64,000 nt of DNA, taken from contig CAVXRD010000002.1 in NCBI GenBank assembly GCA_963764165.1, positions 1,760,001 to 1,824,000 of the forward strand, given 5' to 3'. The position numbers and the translations under genes were made by a program. The notes below the pieces were generated by a model. It was not told the origin of the DNA. It saw only the letters and a list, made by a program, of their open reading frames with translations, and searched no databases. Origin of the DNA: an uncultured Verrucomicrobiae bacterium (GTDB lineage Bacteria; Verrucomicrobiota; Verrucomicrobiia; Limisphaerales; Palsa-1400). Within the stretch, counting starts at the first letter, position 1. Every line of letters begins with the position of its first letter. Below are positions 9,486 through 21,784 of the stretch, in pieces.

Positions 9486-10514
9486 TTATTTAGAGGAAAC
9501 ACTGAATGGAAGCAACTCCAATTCTTTCTGAAATTGCGCATGCCACGCGCCGCGAAACGGAAGCAGGAAAATCGTGCGCAGCAATATCGCGCGGATTTCC
9601 GGCCGTGTCACTTTGATGCGCTTCGTTGCGTCAAGCACATTTCCCGCCCGCAGCTTTTGCAGCGTGCGCGCGCCGATCAACACCGGCCATGCGCAGCCTA
9701 ATCGCAGCCGCATTTGTTTTCTCGGCAGGGCTTGAACGTACTGCCAACCCGCTGCCAAATGTCCCTGCGCCATGTCAAGCAGAGGGTCGTAAACAGCGCG
9801 GAATTTCACCCCGTTTTCTGTCAACAGAAGGTCGTTTTGGCTCATTCCGATGAACTTTAACGATTGCGCTGGCATATAACACCGGCCCTGCCGCAAGTCC
9901 TTTGGGATGTCCCGCAGAATGTTGACGAGCTGCAATCCTTTGCCAAACCGGATGCCGTCGCGGAGGAGCGCCGCACGGTCGGCCTCAGCCTCGCGCCACA
10001 AATGCTCCGCGCAGAGTTCCGTCCAGAATTCTCCCACGCAACCGGCTACGCGGTAAGTGTAATCGTCCAATTCCGCCGGCGAATCCAACGCGACGATGTT
10101 CGTCTCGCTGGCGCCGCCGAATCTTTGCAAATCCAATTCCTGCCCGCTAATGATGACATCGAGAACTTTCCGCACGAGTTGGCGGTCGCGTTCTTCCAAT
10201 TCACCAAGCCATTTCAAACTGTCCTCGGAACGTTCCAGCAGGACGCGCTCGGCAACCAATCCCTGGTTTTCCCGCAATTTCGCCAGCGGCAATGGCTCGC
10301 TGCTTTGTCCAAGAATGCGCCGGCGCAACGCCGTCAGCGCGGAAAGCCGGGAGGCAACGTCCACCAGCTCGGTGTCGGCGATGGTGTCGGTGGCGCGCGC
10401 CAGAAGGTAAGCGAGGCTGATTTGCCGCCGGACGCCGCCCGGCAGGACGCGCATCGTCAAGTAGAACGACCGGGAAACATCGCGCAGCAGGGATGTCAAC
10501 AATTCGTCAGCCAC
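9486..10514 (-). CDS. Squalene/phytoene synthase family protein
   Basis: VSRSF, YLLARATDTIAD, YTYRVAGCVG, GLQLVNILRD..D..GRCY. Confidence 0.88.
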   Translation of the reverse strand: MADELLTSLLRDVSRSFYLTMRVLPGGVRRQISLAYLLARATDTIADTELVDVASRLSALTALRRRILGQSSEPLPLAKLRENQGLVAERVLLERSEDSLKWLGELEERDRQLVRKVLDVIISGQELDLQRFGGASETNIVALDSPAELDDYTYRVAGCVGEFWTELCAEHLWREAEADRAALLRDGIRFGKGLQLVNILRDIPKDLRQGRCYMPAQSLKFIGMSQNDLLLTENGVKFRAVYDPLLDMAQGHLAAGWQYVQALPRKQMRLRLGCAWPVLIGARTLQKLRAGNVLDATKRIKVTRPEIRAILLRTIFLLPFRGAWHAQFQKELELLPFSVSSK

Positions 10515-10519
10515 ACAAA

Positions 10520-10600
10520 GGTAGGGACGCCTCGCCGAGGCGTCCGCGCTTACGCGTGAATCGCGCCGCGACCCGGACGCCTCGGCGAGGCGTCCCTGCC
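10520..10600. repeat. GTAG-type REP doublet (family B)
   Basis: GGTAGGGACGCCTCGCCGAGGCGTCCG ... CGGACGCCTCGGCGAGGCGTCCCTGCC; each arm is itself a hairpin. Confidence 0.85.
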
Positions 10601-10640
10601 TTCGCTGGCGCTTTGCCGCGCCGTGAGATGTCTCGCGCAG

Positions 10641-12047
10641 TCATGCTCCGGCCTGGATTTTTCGCCAGCGGGCCAGTTGCTTGGTGATTTGCTGCGGGCT
10701 GGGCGCGCCGACCAGATTGCGCTTGGCGAGAGCCTTCTTCAGGTCAAAAACTTCCAGCACGCTTTCGTCGAAGGCGACATTGATTTCCTTCCATTCCTGA
10801 ATCGTAAGCTGGTCGAGCGGCCGGCCCAATTTCGCCGCCACCGCGACGGCTGTGCCGACGACCTGATGCGCCACGCGGAACGCCATCCCCTTGCGAACCA
10901 GCGCGTCCGCCAGGTCGGTGGCCAGGAGCGACGCGTCGGCCGCGGCGGCAGTGCATTGCGCGGCCCGGATGGTGGTGTTCGCCACCATGCCGGCCATGAG
11001 GCGGACGGCGTTGCGGACGGTATCGGCGGAATCGAAAAGCGGCTCCTTGTCCTCCTGCATGTCCCGGTTGTAGGTCATCGGGAGGCCCTTGAGAATCGTC
11101 AGCAGCGCCACCAAATTCCCATAAACGCGCCCCGATTTTCCGCGCGTCAATTCGGCGACGTCCGGATTTTTCTTTTGCGGCATCAGCGATGAGCCGGTGG
11201 TGTAGGCGTCCGAGATGGTGATGAAATTAAACTCCGCCGTGGCCCACAAAATCCAATCCTCCGCCAGGCGCGACAAATGCGCCGCGATAATCGCTGCCGC
11301 CGCGCAAAATTCCACCGCAAAATCCCGGTCGCTGACGGCATCCATCGAATTTTGCGTCAATCGCGGGCGGCCCTTGTGATCCACAAAGCCCAGCATGGTG
11401 GCAACCATTTCGCGATCAAGCGTCAAGGTGGAACCCGCAATCGCGCCGCTGCCGAGGGGACAAACATTGGCGCGATGAAAGCAATCGACAAGGCGCCCGG
11501 CGTCGCGCTCGAACATTTCCATGTAAGCCATCAAATGATGCGCGACAAAAACCGGCTGCGCCCGCTGCATATGGGTGTAACCGGGCAAAACCACATCGGA
11601 ATTTTCCTCCGCCAGCTTCAGCAGCGCGCCTTGGAGCAAACGCAACCCGCCACTCAAATCCACAATCTCGTCCCGCAGCCACATCCGCATATCGAGCGCG
11701 ACCTGGTCGTTGCGCGAGCGGGCGGTGTGGAGCTTGGCCCCGGCAGGCGTGCGGCGGGTCAATTCGGCCTCGATGTTCATGTGGACATCTTCGAGAGCCG
11801 GATTCCACGGGAATTTATCCTCGCAGATTTCCTGGGCGATATCGTTCATGGCGGTCTCGATTTCGAGCAGTTCGCCCTTGGTCAAAATGCCGATTTTTTC
11901 CAACATGGCGGCATGGGCCAGCGAGCCCAGAATGTCCTGCTCCCACAGCCGCCAATCGAACGAAACGGACTCAGTGTAATGGGCGACATCGGCCTCTGGA
12001 CCTTCCGAGAACCGGCCGCTGCGAGAAACTGGAGAATCGTGATTCAC
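10641..12047 (-). CDS. argH: Argininosuccinate lyase
   Basis: EDVHMNIE, HTARSRNDQ, PGYTHMQRAQP, GSSLMPQKKNPD, YNRDMQEDK. Confidence 0.97.
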   Translation of the reverse strand: MNHDSPVSRSGRFSEGPEADVAHYTESVSFDWRLWEQDILGSLAHAAMLEKIGILTKGELLEIETAMNDIAQEICEDKFPWNPALEDVHMNIEAELTRRTPAGAKLHTARSRNDQVALDMRMWLRDEIVDLSGGLRLLQGALLKLAEENSDVVLPGYTHMQRAQPVFVAHHLMAYMEMFERDAGRLVDCFHRANVCPLGSGAIAGSTLTLDREMVATMLGFVDHKGRPRLTQNSMDAVSDRDFAVEFCAAAAIIAAHLSRLAEDWILWATAEFNFITISDAYTTGSSLMPQKKNPDVAELTRGKSGRVYGNLVALLTILKGLPMTYNRDMQEDKEPLFDSADTVRNAVRLMAGMVANTTIRAAQCTAAAADASLLATDLADALVRKGMAFRVAHQVVGTAVAVAAKLGRPLDQLTIQEWKEINVAFDESVLEVFDLKKALAKRNLVGAPSPQQITKQLARWRKIQAGA

Positions 12048-12463
12048 CTTGGACGCACTGTGGGGTTTGACCGCGTGAAAGTCACGCAGAAAGGGTGGGC
12101 GCAGCCATCCTGCGGCATTCCGCCGGACGCTTTGAGCATCGAGTTCATTTGTGATTTTTCAAAAAACAGGTGCGATTTGGTGCGACTAGCTGCGATTAGG
12201 TGATACTGGAGTGAGATTGAGTATTCCATGACACGCGCCACTCGCCGGGTTCCCAAAAACAAACGGTGGGTTGGCAAAAGACGCCCGCGCGAGAGTGCGC
12301 GCGCATCCCGAAAAGCGTGTGCGCAGCCCCCGCCACTCCACTGAAAACGTGGAGGAACCTGTTGGCGCTTTTTCAGAGATTATATTGCAATTGACCCTCG
12401 AAACACAGAAACGTGGAATGCGCATGAAGAATTCCAGCCCTGCAACTGCGCGACCGATGCGCA

Positions 12464-12492
12464 TTGACCGCTCCATCCGCAACGCGTATCTT
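12464..12492 (+). promoter_or_regulatory. Sigma70-like promoter directly before iscA (leaderless)
   Basis: TTGACC-N17-TATCTT, 5 nt before ATG 12498, no SD. Confidence 0.5.
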
Positions 12493-12497
12493 GCGGC

Positions 12498-12890
12498 ATG
12501 ATCGCTGGCAAACCTGCCGCCGCCAACACCGCTCCGTCCGCCAGTTTCCGAATTGGCGATGAACGGCTGATCAAGGTTTGTCCCGCGGCGGCCAAAAAAG
12601 TGACGTCCCTGCTGCAACGCCAGGGCCGGCCCCAAGGCGTTTTGCGCGTGGCTGTGGTCGGCGGCGGATGTTCCGGGCTGCAATACAAAATGGATCTGCA
12701 GGACCAGCCGGCCAATCGCGACATCATGGTGGAAAGCGGCGGCATCCGCGTTGTCGTCGATCCCAAGAGCGCCCTCTATGTGACGGGAAGCGAATTGGAC
12801 TTTGTCGATGCGCTGCAAGATGGCGGGTTCAAAGTGCGCAATCCCAATGCCGCCAGTTCCTGCTCCTGCGGCGAGAGTTTCAGCGCTTAA
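12498..12890 (+). CDS. iscA: HesB/IscA family Fe-S cluster A-type carrier
   Basis: GGGCSG, NPNA..SCSCGESF. Confidence 0.92.
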   Translation: MIAGKPAAANTAPSASFRIGDERLIKVCPAAAKKVTSLLQRQGRPQGVLRVAVVGGGCSGLQYKMDLQDQPANRDIMVESGGIRVVVDPKSALYVTGSELDFVDALQDGGFKVRNPNAASSCSCGESFSA

Positions 12891-12902
12891 AAATATTCTC
12901 CG

Positions 12903-13529
12903 GTGGCCGCGACCGATTATTTTGCATTGCTCGGCCAGCCCCGCCTGCCATGGCTGGAGCCCGACGCGCTCAAAGCGGTTTTTCTCGAACTTTCGTCCAA
13001 GTGGCACCCTGACCGAGTCCACACCGAAAGGGCAGACGGGCAATCCGCCGCCACCGCAAAATTCGCCGAGATCAACGCGGCCTATAATTGCCTTCGCGAA
13101 CCGAAGGATCGTGTGCTTCATTTATTCGCGCTGGAAACGGGAGCCCCTCCCGCCAGCGTCCAGAGCATTCCGGGTGATTCGATGGATTTGTTCATGGAAT
13201 GCGGACAGCTTTGCCGCGAGGTGGATCAATTCCTCACCGCGAAAGCCCGCGCCACTTCACCGCTGATCCAAGCGCAGTTGTTTGAACAATCGCTGGATTG
13301 GACGGCAAAGCTCATGGCGCTGCAGCAACGAATCGAGTTGCGGCGCGATGGGCTTTTGGCAGAATTGCGCGCAATGAACGCAGCCTGGGAATCCGCCCCC
13401 GCCGCACCGCCGGAAGCCCGCTCCTCCGCATTGCCGCTGCGGCGGCTGGAAGAGGCCGGCCGGACATTGAGCTACATCACCCGCTGCGCCAGCCAGGCGC
13501 AAGAACGCCTCGCTCAACTTTCTTTTTGA
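12903..13529 (+). CDS. hscB: HscB-like J-domain co-chaperone
   Basis: DYFALLG...WHPDR...INAAYNCL..P..R; adjacent to iscA. Confidence 0.75.
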   Translation: MAATDYFALLGQPRLPWLEPDALKAVFLELSSKWHPDRVHTERADGQSAATAKFAEINAAYNCLREPKDRVLHLFALETGAPPASVQSIPGDSMDLFMECGQLCREVDQFLTAKARATSPLIQAQLFEQSLDWTAKLMALQQRIELRRDGLLAELRAMNAAWESAPAAPPEARSSALPLRRLEEAGRTLSYITRCASQAQERLAQLSF

Positions 13530-13531
13530 CA

Positions 13532-14266
13532 ATGATTCGCCACATCAAAATCTCCATACTCGGATTCGTTGCCTTCGCCGCCGCCTTCATTGGCCGCGCG
13601 CAAGCCCAGCCTTCGTGGCAGCAGGAATTCGCAAAAATGCCGCTAGTCGAAAGCGTGACGAACATCGACCGTTTCAATTTCGCCCGCGTCATGCTCAACT
13701 CGTTCAAGAAGAACGACGCCGTGAAGGCCCTCATATTCATGCCCGGAGCGACAGACGAATTCTATTTCTTCCACCGCGCCCACGCGGACATTACGAACGC
13801 AAATCCAACGCTTCTGGACGCTGTCGCCGCCCTGACCAACCATACCTACCTTCACGCCACGGTTGTCGCGCCGTTTCTTGTCATTCACACGACAGAAGAC
13901 CCGCTGGAACCGATCATCATCGTCAAAGACCAGCACACGGCGGACAGGATTCGGCACAAGCATTTCGAGAAGCGCGCGTTGTTCAACGACACAGATTGGG
14001 ACGGAGTCCGCCGGACCCTCGCCATTGATCTCAACACCCGCGCTGCGCCGCCCGAAGGGTCGCACGCTTCCTATCACTTTTTCCGGCATAGCCTTGCCGC
14101 TTACGATTTGGAGGGCTGGGACGCCATTCGCGCGTTGGAGATGGCAGGCAAAACCCAATGCATCATCAAGAAGAATTTGCTGGAATTCGTCGGCGACGAC
14201 CGCTTCCTCGGCGCCCCGGTGCCACCGGATAGTTTTATGCTGAAGGATGCGGGGCTGGTAAAATGA
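13532..14266 (+). CDS. Exported hypothetical protein
   Basis: Start MIRHIKISIL 2 nt after the hscB stop; signal peptide ending AQA. Confidence 0.7.
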   Translation: MIRHIKISILGFVAFAAAFIGRAQAQPSWQQEFAKMPLVESVTNIDRFNFARVMLNSFKKNDAVKALIFMPGATDEFYFFHRAHADITNANPTLLDAVAALTNHTYLHATVVAPFLVIHTTEDPLEPIIIVKDQHTADRIRHKHFEKRALFNDTDWDGVRRTLAIDLNTRAAPPEGSHASYHFFRHSLAAYDLEGWDAIRALEMAGKTQCIIKKNLLEFVGDDRFLGAPVPPDSFMLKDAGLVK

Positions 14267-14347
14267 CTTGTCGGATCAGCACAAACCGGTCGGTTACGAG
14301 GTGAATCTCCTTGACACCGATGGCTTTTTCAGAAGTAGTTATCGGCC

Positions 14348-17300
14348 ATGACGACCAAGGCCTCCAGCTTGGCTGGGCGATTAGTTCTCTGGCTCCTGTA
14401 TTCTTCCTTGCGTTTCGCACAAGCGCAGCCGGTTATCACCAATCAGCCCGCGAGCCAACTGGCTGCGGTCGGGAGTTCGGTCAGCTTTTCGGTCGGGGTG
14501 ACGGACACCAATCCTGTGACCTACACATGGCAATTGAACGGCACGAATCTGCCGGGCGCGATCCTCACAGTGGCAGGCGGCGGAACGGGCGCGCTGGGCG
14601 ATAACGGCAAAGCCACAAATGCGTTCATCACGAATGCGTATGCCATCGCAGTCGATTCAGCAGGCACCCTTTACATAGCTGATACCGGGAATAACCGCAT
14701 TCGCAAGGTCACGAATGGGATCATTAGCACCATTGCCGGCAACGGCAATCCGTCCTACAGCGGCGACAAAGGCGCGGCCACCAGCGCGGCGCTCAACAAT
14801 CCGTCCGGCGTCGCCGTTGATGGAGCGGGACAGGTCTACATCGCGGACACCAGAAATAATCGAATTCGAAAAATCGATACCAACGGCATTATTACCACGA
14901 TTATCGGCACTGGAACCGCCGGGTATAACGGGGATGGCTTCGCCCCGGCCAGCACCGAGATCAGTTCCCCAATGGGACTCGCATTGGACATTGCCACGAA
15001 CATCTACTTTATCGACCTCGGAAACCAACGGGTCAGAAGGACCTTTGCTGGCTCGGTGTATACGATCGAAGGCACCGGAACTGCCGGAAGCGCTGACACC
15101 GGTTATACGCCGGTTCAACTCCACAATCCCACGGGGGTCGCGGTGGATTTTATGGGTGACGTGATTATTGCCGACTGGCTCAACGGACGTGTGATCGCGA
15201 CCTCCAACAGCATGACAATCGACGTGGCGGGAAAGGGAGGTGGCGGATTTGCCGGTGATGGCGGCCCGGGCCCACAGGCCACGCTCTTGGCAGCTCGCGG
15301 CGTGGCGGTAGATTTTAATCTCAATATTTATATCGCTGATACCGGAAATAATCGGATTCGAATGGTTGGGCCGAATTCGATCATCACCAATAAATCGCCC
15401 ATCGCGCCTACGACCTACAGCACATTTCTGAGCGGAACAATCTCGACATACGCCGGGAATGGTGCGGCGGGGTTTGGCGGAGACGGCTATATCGCCACGG
15501 GAGCCAGTCTCAATTTCCCATACGCCGTTGCCGTCGATTCCAAGGGCGATCTCTTCATCTCGGACATGGGAAATGGCCGCATCCGGGAAGTGCTCCCCTA
15601 CCAACTCAGCCCGACGTTGACCCTCAGCAACCTCACCTTCACCAACGCCGGAAACTACACGGTGGTAGTGAGCGACAGCACAGGCAGTGTCACGAGCAGC
15701 GTGGCTGCCTTGACCGTCGGCCTGCCGCCAGCCATCACATCCACCCCAACAAATCAGTATGTTTTGGCCGGCGGAAGCATCAGCCTTTCGGTCGGTGCGA
15801 CAGGAACGGGGCCGCTTTATTACGAATGGTTCCAAGACGGAACGAATCTGGTGGAAGCCGGCTTGTCCAGCACGCTGACATTGACCAACGCCACCTTGGA
15901 CGAAAGTGGCAGCTATTCGGTTGTTGTGACCAATTCATTTTCGAGCGCCGAGGGATTAGTTTCACTGCTCACCGTAGGGGTGCCGCCCACAATTGTCACC
16001 CAGACAATTAGCAGCCTCGTTTTGCCGGGTAGCAACGCAAATCTCAGCGTTACAGTCAGCGGAACAGGCCCATTTACTTATACATGGCAATTGAACGGGA
16101 CCAACTTGCCCAACAACATCATTGGCACCATTGCGGGGCAAGGAACGAATTTTTATCCAAACGGCGTTCCGTCCACTAATGCCATTATATATTGCACCGG
16201 CTTGTGCAGCGACCTGGCCGGAAACGTCTATTTGGCTGATCAGAATTCGCGTAGTGTCCTAAGGATTGATTCCAGTGGATTGATCTGGAACTTCGCAGGG
16301 AACATAAACTCCCCAAACCCTCCCGGCGGATTCCAAGCCACCAACACGGCGTTTCCGTCCGTGGAGTCAGTCGGAGCGGACCTGTTCGGCAACATATACA
16401 TCGGCGGGCTTGGAAAGCTATGGAAGGTTGCTCCGAACGGAATTGTGAGCACCGTAGCTGGCACAACAAAGGCCGGCTTTAGCGGGGATGGCGGTGCGGC
16501 CTCGTCGGCCCAAGTAAGCCTCATCACGGGTATTGCTTGTGATCCGGTCGGCAACGTCTACATATCCGATGAGACCAATAATAGGGTTCGAATGATCAAT
16601 GCGGCCGGAATCATCAACACGATCCTTGGGGACGGCGGCTCGTTCGGAGCCTTCGGAACGAACAACGCAGGGACAAATTTCGGCATCACCAGCCCTCAAG
16701 GACTCGCGCTGGATTCGATCGGAAATGCCTACGTGGCGACGGAAAACTACGTTATAAAACTCGCCACAAATGGGCTTGCCTCGAGCGCGGCGGGGAACGG
16801 CGGAGTCGGTTTTGCAGGTGATGGAGGTCGCGCGACGAATGCTTTGCTCTTCGTGCCTTTCGGAGTCGCTTTCGATGCAATCGGAAATCTCTATATGAGC
16901 GAGTATATGGGCAGTCGAATTCGCATCGTCGGCACCAATGGCATTATCCAGACAGCCGCAGGCTCCACGAACGGTGTGGCAAACTACTCTGGCGACGGCG
17001 GGCCAGCCACTGCGGCCAGGCTAAGCCAGCCGCGAAGCATTTGCACCGACCCTTTCGGGAATCTGTTTATCGCCGACCAGCAATCCAGATACCTCCGTGA
17101 AATTTTTTACTCCGGTTTGCCAAGTTTGACCATCACTAACGCATCGGCCAGCGCCGCTGGAAATTACACTGTGGTGATTTCAAGCCCGTTCGGAAGCGTG
17201 ACGAGCAGCATTGTCCCGCTTGAATTAGCAGTCGCGCCTTCCATCTCACAGATTACAGTTCAATCGAACGGCTGGCGGACAATCAGTTTTACCGGCACTC

Positions 17301-17467
17301 CGACGGCTCAGCATCAGCTTTTATTTACGACCAATCTCGCTCCGCCCGTGGCGTGGGTGCCGGTCGCGACAAACTCTGCGGATCTAAACGGCAACGGAAC
17401 TTTGACAGACACGAACGCTCCAGAAGATGACGGATTTTATGAAGTCATGCTGCCGATCTCGCCGTAA
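14348..17467 (+). CDS. Secreted Ig-domain/NHL-repeat beta-propeller protein
   Basis: Signal peptide; repeated P.GVAVD..G..YIADT.NNRIR; Ig motifs YTWQLNGTNL...AGNYTVVVS; C-terminal TTNL..W..FY domain. Confidence 0.9.
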   Translation: MTTKASSLAGRLVLWLLYSSLRFAQAQPVITNQPASQLAAVGSSVSFSVGVTDTNPVTYTWQLNGTNLPGAILTVAGGGTGALGDNGKATNAFITNAYAIAVDSAGTLYIADTGNNRIRKVTNGIISTIAGNGNPSYSGDKGAATSAALNNPSGVAVDGAGQVYIADTRNNRIRKIDTNGIITTIIGTGTAGYNGDGFAPASTEISSPMGLALDIATNIYFIDLGNQRVRRTFAGSVYTIEGTGTAGSADTGYTPVQLHNPTGVAVDFMGDVIIADWLNGRVIATSNSMTIDVAGKGGGGFAGDGGPGPQATLLAARGVAVDFNLNIYIADTGNNRIRMVGPNSIITNKSPIAPTTYSTFLSGTISTYAGNGAAGFGGDGYIATGASLNFPYAVAVDSKGDLFISDMGNGRIREVLPYQLSPTLTLSNLTFTNAGNYTVVVSDSTGSVTSSVAALTVGLPPAITSTPTNQYVLAGGSISLSVGATGTGPLYYEWFQDGTNLVEAGLSSTLTLTNATLDESGSYSVVVTNSFSSAEGLVSLLTVGVPPTIVTQTISSLVLPGSNANLSVTVSGTGPFTYTWQLNGTNLPNNIIGTIAGQGTNFYPNGVPSTNAIIYCTGLCSDLAGNVYLADQNSRSVLRIDSSGLIWNFAGNINSPNPPGGFQATNTAFPSVESVGADLFGNIYIGGLGKLWKVAPNGIVSTVAGTTKAGFSGDGGAASSAQVSLITGIACDPVGNVYISDETNNRVRMINAAGIINTILGDGGSFGAFGTNNAGTNFGITSPQGLALDSIGNAYVATENYVIKLATNGLASSAAGNGGVGFAGDGGRATNALLFVPFGVAFDAIGNLYMSEYMGSRIRIVGTNGIIQTAAGSTNGVANYSGDGGPATAARLSQPRSICTDPFGNLFIADQQSRYLREIFYSGLPSLTITNASASAAGNYTVVISSPFGSVTSSIVPLELAVAPSISQITVQSNGWRTISFTGTPTAQHQLLFTTNLAPPVAWVPVATNSADLNGNGTLTDTNAPEDDGFYEVMLPISP

Positions 17468-17501
17468 TGCGAAGCACATGCGCCTGTAGAATGCCTCACT
17501 C

Positions 17502-17523
17502 GGGACGCCCCGGCGAGGCGTCC
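17502..17523. repeat. Single family B REP between convergent genes
   Basis: GGGACGCCCCGGCGAGGCGTCC. Confidence 0.65.
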
Positions 17524-17528
17524 AAACC

Positions 17529-19550
<2,022 letters not shown>

Positions 19551-19581
19551 GGGCGGAGACAGACGGGCAAAATTTAATTAT

Positions 19582-19911
19582 TCAGGCAGCTTCACCGATA
19601 TTGAAAACAATACCGTAAGGGTCGCGCACATAGCAACGGGGGACCTCAGGATTCTCTTCCAAAACGACGCAGCCCGCCGCCACCAATTTCTTTTTCGCCG
19701 CCTGCACGCCGGGCACGAGAAATTCAAACACGGGCCCGTGATCTTTCCCCTCCTCTACATACAAACAAAAAGATCCCGTCTCAAAGCCCATCATCGTTTT
19801 GCTTTTCATGGTGACCGGCAGCCCGAGAATGGTCTTATAAAATTTTGCCGCCTCCTTCAAATTGCCTGTCCGGATGATGATATCGCGAGAAGAATGAAAT
19901 TTCCTTTTCAT
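19582..19911 (-). CDS. VOC/glyoxalase family protein
   Basis: AAKFYKTILGL...YVRDPYG pattern; start at MKRKFHSS. Confidence 0.8.
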   Translation of the reverse strand: MKRKFHSSRDIIIRTGNLKEAAKFYKTILGLPVTMKSKTMMGFETGSFCLYVEEGKDHGPVFEFLVPGVQAAKKKLVAAGCVVLEENPEVPRCYVRDPYGIVFNIGEAA

Positions 19912-20071
19912 GGCCAAGGAAATTGCCTCGTCGATTGAAGCAATGCAAAAAATATCGGCAAGGCAGAAGCGCCTCGCCGGGGCGCTCCTGCCTTTCGCCC
20001 AGCGAGAAAAAGCCATCTCAATTTTTTCGTGACAATGGCTGGAAGGTGTTTATATTGCACGGTTCTTAGCC

Positions 20072-20146
20072 GACCCTGTCGTCTAGCGGTTAGGACACTG
20101 CCCTTTCACGGCGGTAGCAGGGGTTCGATTCCCCTCAGGGTCGCCA
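20072..20146 (+). tRNA. tRNA-Glu (TTC)
   Basis: Acceptor GACCCTG/CAGGGTC, anticodon arm CTGCC-CTTTCAC-GGCGG, GGTTCGATT T-loop, encoded CCA. Confidence 0.96.
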
Positions 20147-20215
20147 TGTTTTTCCACTCGCTCGTTCCTGAAAACATCCCTCAAATTTTCCCTGTTTCCA
20201 TGACCGCCCGCTGGG

Positions 20216-20656
20216 TCAGGCTGCGCCAATAATCTCGAAATCCACGTTCACATTCCCGCGCGTTGCGTGAGAATAGGGGCAGATTTTTTCATGCGCTTCG
20301 TTGACCAGGGCGGCGAGGTCGGCTTGGGGAATCGCTGATTCCTCGACCCGCATTTTGACGGCCAGCCCAAATCCCCCGCCTTCGCGCGGGCCAATGCTGA
20401 CAGCGCATGTGACTTTGGCTTTGCTGGCGTTCGTGTGCTTCAATTTCGCAACGTAGTCCAGCGCGCCGCCGAAACAGGCCGCGTAACCCGCCGCAAAGAG
20501 ATGTTCCGGCGTGGCTGTCCCTGGTTTTCCAGGTCCGCCCATTTCCTTCGGAACAGAAAGGTCGGCTTTGACAATGCCGTCGCTGGTTTCAGTGTGCCCG
20601 TTGCGTCCGCCGGCGGCGGTCGCTGTCGCCGTGTAAAGTGGGGTAATCTTGTCCAT
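20216..20656 (-). CDS. ohr: Organic hydroperoxide resistance protein
   Basis: GGRNG, PEHLFAAGYAACF, ICPYSHATRGN. Confidence 0.95.
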   Translation of the reverse strand: MDKITPLYTATATAAGGRNGHTETSDGIVKADLSVPKEMGGPGKPGTATPEHLFAAGYAACFGGALDYVAKLKHTNASKAKVTCAVSIGPREGGGFGLAVKMRVEESAIPQADLAALVNEAHEKICPYSHATRGNVNVDFEIIGAA

Positions 20657-20826
20657 GGTTAATTTGTTTCTCCATCAGTAATTCGATTTCCGAAGAAGGG
20701 CAAGTGGCAATCATATACGCGGATCGACGGCAAGACGCGCCGGAAAGCCCGTTTCCTAGGCCTCCCGAATTGAGATTGATCGAGATTGATTTGCATTTTC
20801 GCGGGATGTCTGTCCAAACTTAAAAT

Positions 20827-21633
20827 ATGCACAAAGCTTTCGTAATCTGCCTCACTTTCGCGAGCGCGATCGCTCTCCAATCCCATGCAGAGCCCGTCCT
20901 CGGTTACACAGACACTCCGATGCTTCCGTCCGGCAAGTGGCACGTCCATGATCCGGACCGGCCCAGGCCGCTCGTGGTGAAGCCCGCCGCGACATTCAGC
21001 GATGGCGCAAAAGCGCCAGGCGATGCCATTGTGTTGTTTGACGGCACCGATTTCTCGAAATGGGAAAGCGACAAAGGCGGCGGCGAAGTGCCTTGGTCCA
21101 TCAAGGAAAATTTCATGGAGTGCAAGCCCGACAGCGGCGGCATTCACACGAAGGAAAAATTTGGCGATTTCCAATTGCATGTGGAATTTGCGGAACCGCC
21201 ACCGCAAGGCGACAGCCAGGAGCGCGGGAACAGCGGCGTCTTTTTGCAGGGCGTCTACGAAATTCAGGTTTTGGATTGCTACAATAACCTGACGTATCCA
21301 GACGGCCAATGCGGCGCAATTTACGGCCAGACTCCGCCGCTGGTCAACGCCTGCAAGCCCCCTGGCGAATGGCAGACTTACGATATTATTTTCGAAGCGG
21401 CCCGCTGGAACGAGAACCACGAACTCACCCGCCCGGCGAGTGTGACTGTCATTCAAAACGGAATGGTGATTCACCATCGCCAGCCGATTCTCGGGCCGAC
21501 TGGCCACAAAACCCTGGCTAATTACAAGAAGGAGCTGCCCGAGAAAGGACCCATCGCGCTGCAAGACCACGGAAACCATGTGCGCTTCCGCAACATTTGG
21601 ATCCGCAATATTCAAGACGAAGAAACGCCTTGA
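20827..21633 (+). CDS. DUF1080 (3-keto-disaccharide hydrolase) family secreted protein
   Basis: GDFQLHVEF, GNSGVF, YEIQVLD, GEWQTYDI, LQDHG..VRFRNIW. Confidence 0.9.
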   Translation: MHKAFVICLTFASAIALQSHAEPVLGYTDTPMLPSGKWHVHDPDRPRPLVVKPAATFSDGAKAPGDAIVLFDGTDFSKWESDKGGGEVPWSIKENFMECKPDSGGIHTKEKFGDFQLHVEFAEPPPQGDSQERGNSGVFLQGVYEIQVLDCYNNLTYPDGQCGAIYGQTPPLVNACKPPGEWQTYDIIFEAARWNENHELTRPASVTVIQNGMVIHHRQPILGPTGHKTLANYKKELPEKGPIALQDHGNHVRFRNIWIRNIQDEETP

Positions 21634-21647
21634 TTTGAGATCCGCAG

Positions 21648-21682
21648 AAGGCCGGGACGCCTCGCCGCGGCGTCCCGGCCTT
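21648..21682. repeat. Family B REP hairpin, possibly a terminator of the DUF1080 gene
   Basis: AAGGCCGGGACGCC-TCGCCGC-GGCGTCCCGGCCTT. Confidence 0.7.
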
Positions 21683-21784
21683 TGGGAAGAGCGCGGAGCG
21701 CATTAAGCCGTGACAAATGCAGTCGAAATTGGGGAGCGCCGTCGTCTAGATCGACGTCTTCGGCGTCCCGCCGAAGACATCTTA

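Noticed and set aside
8537..9701. Long plus-strand ORFs (308 and 294 aa) opposite the TolA-like gene
   Set aside because: Antisense shadows of a low-complexity Ala/Lys/Glu gene
12498..13529. iscA-hscB as a novel minimal Fe-S system
   Set aside because: More simply a fragment of a dispersed ISC-like gene set; nothing here shows novelty
20072..20216. tRNA-Glu as an island integration site
   Set aside because: No integrase, and I found no duplicated tRNA 3' end in the window
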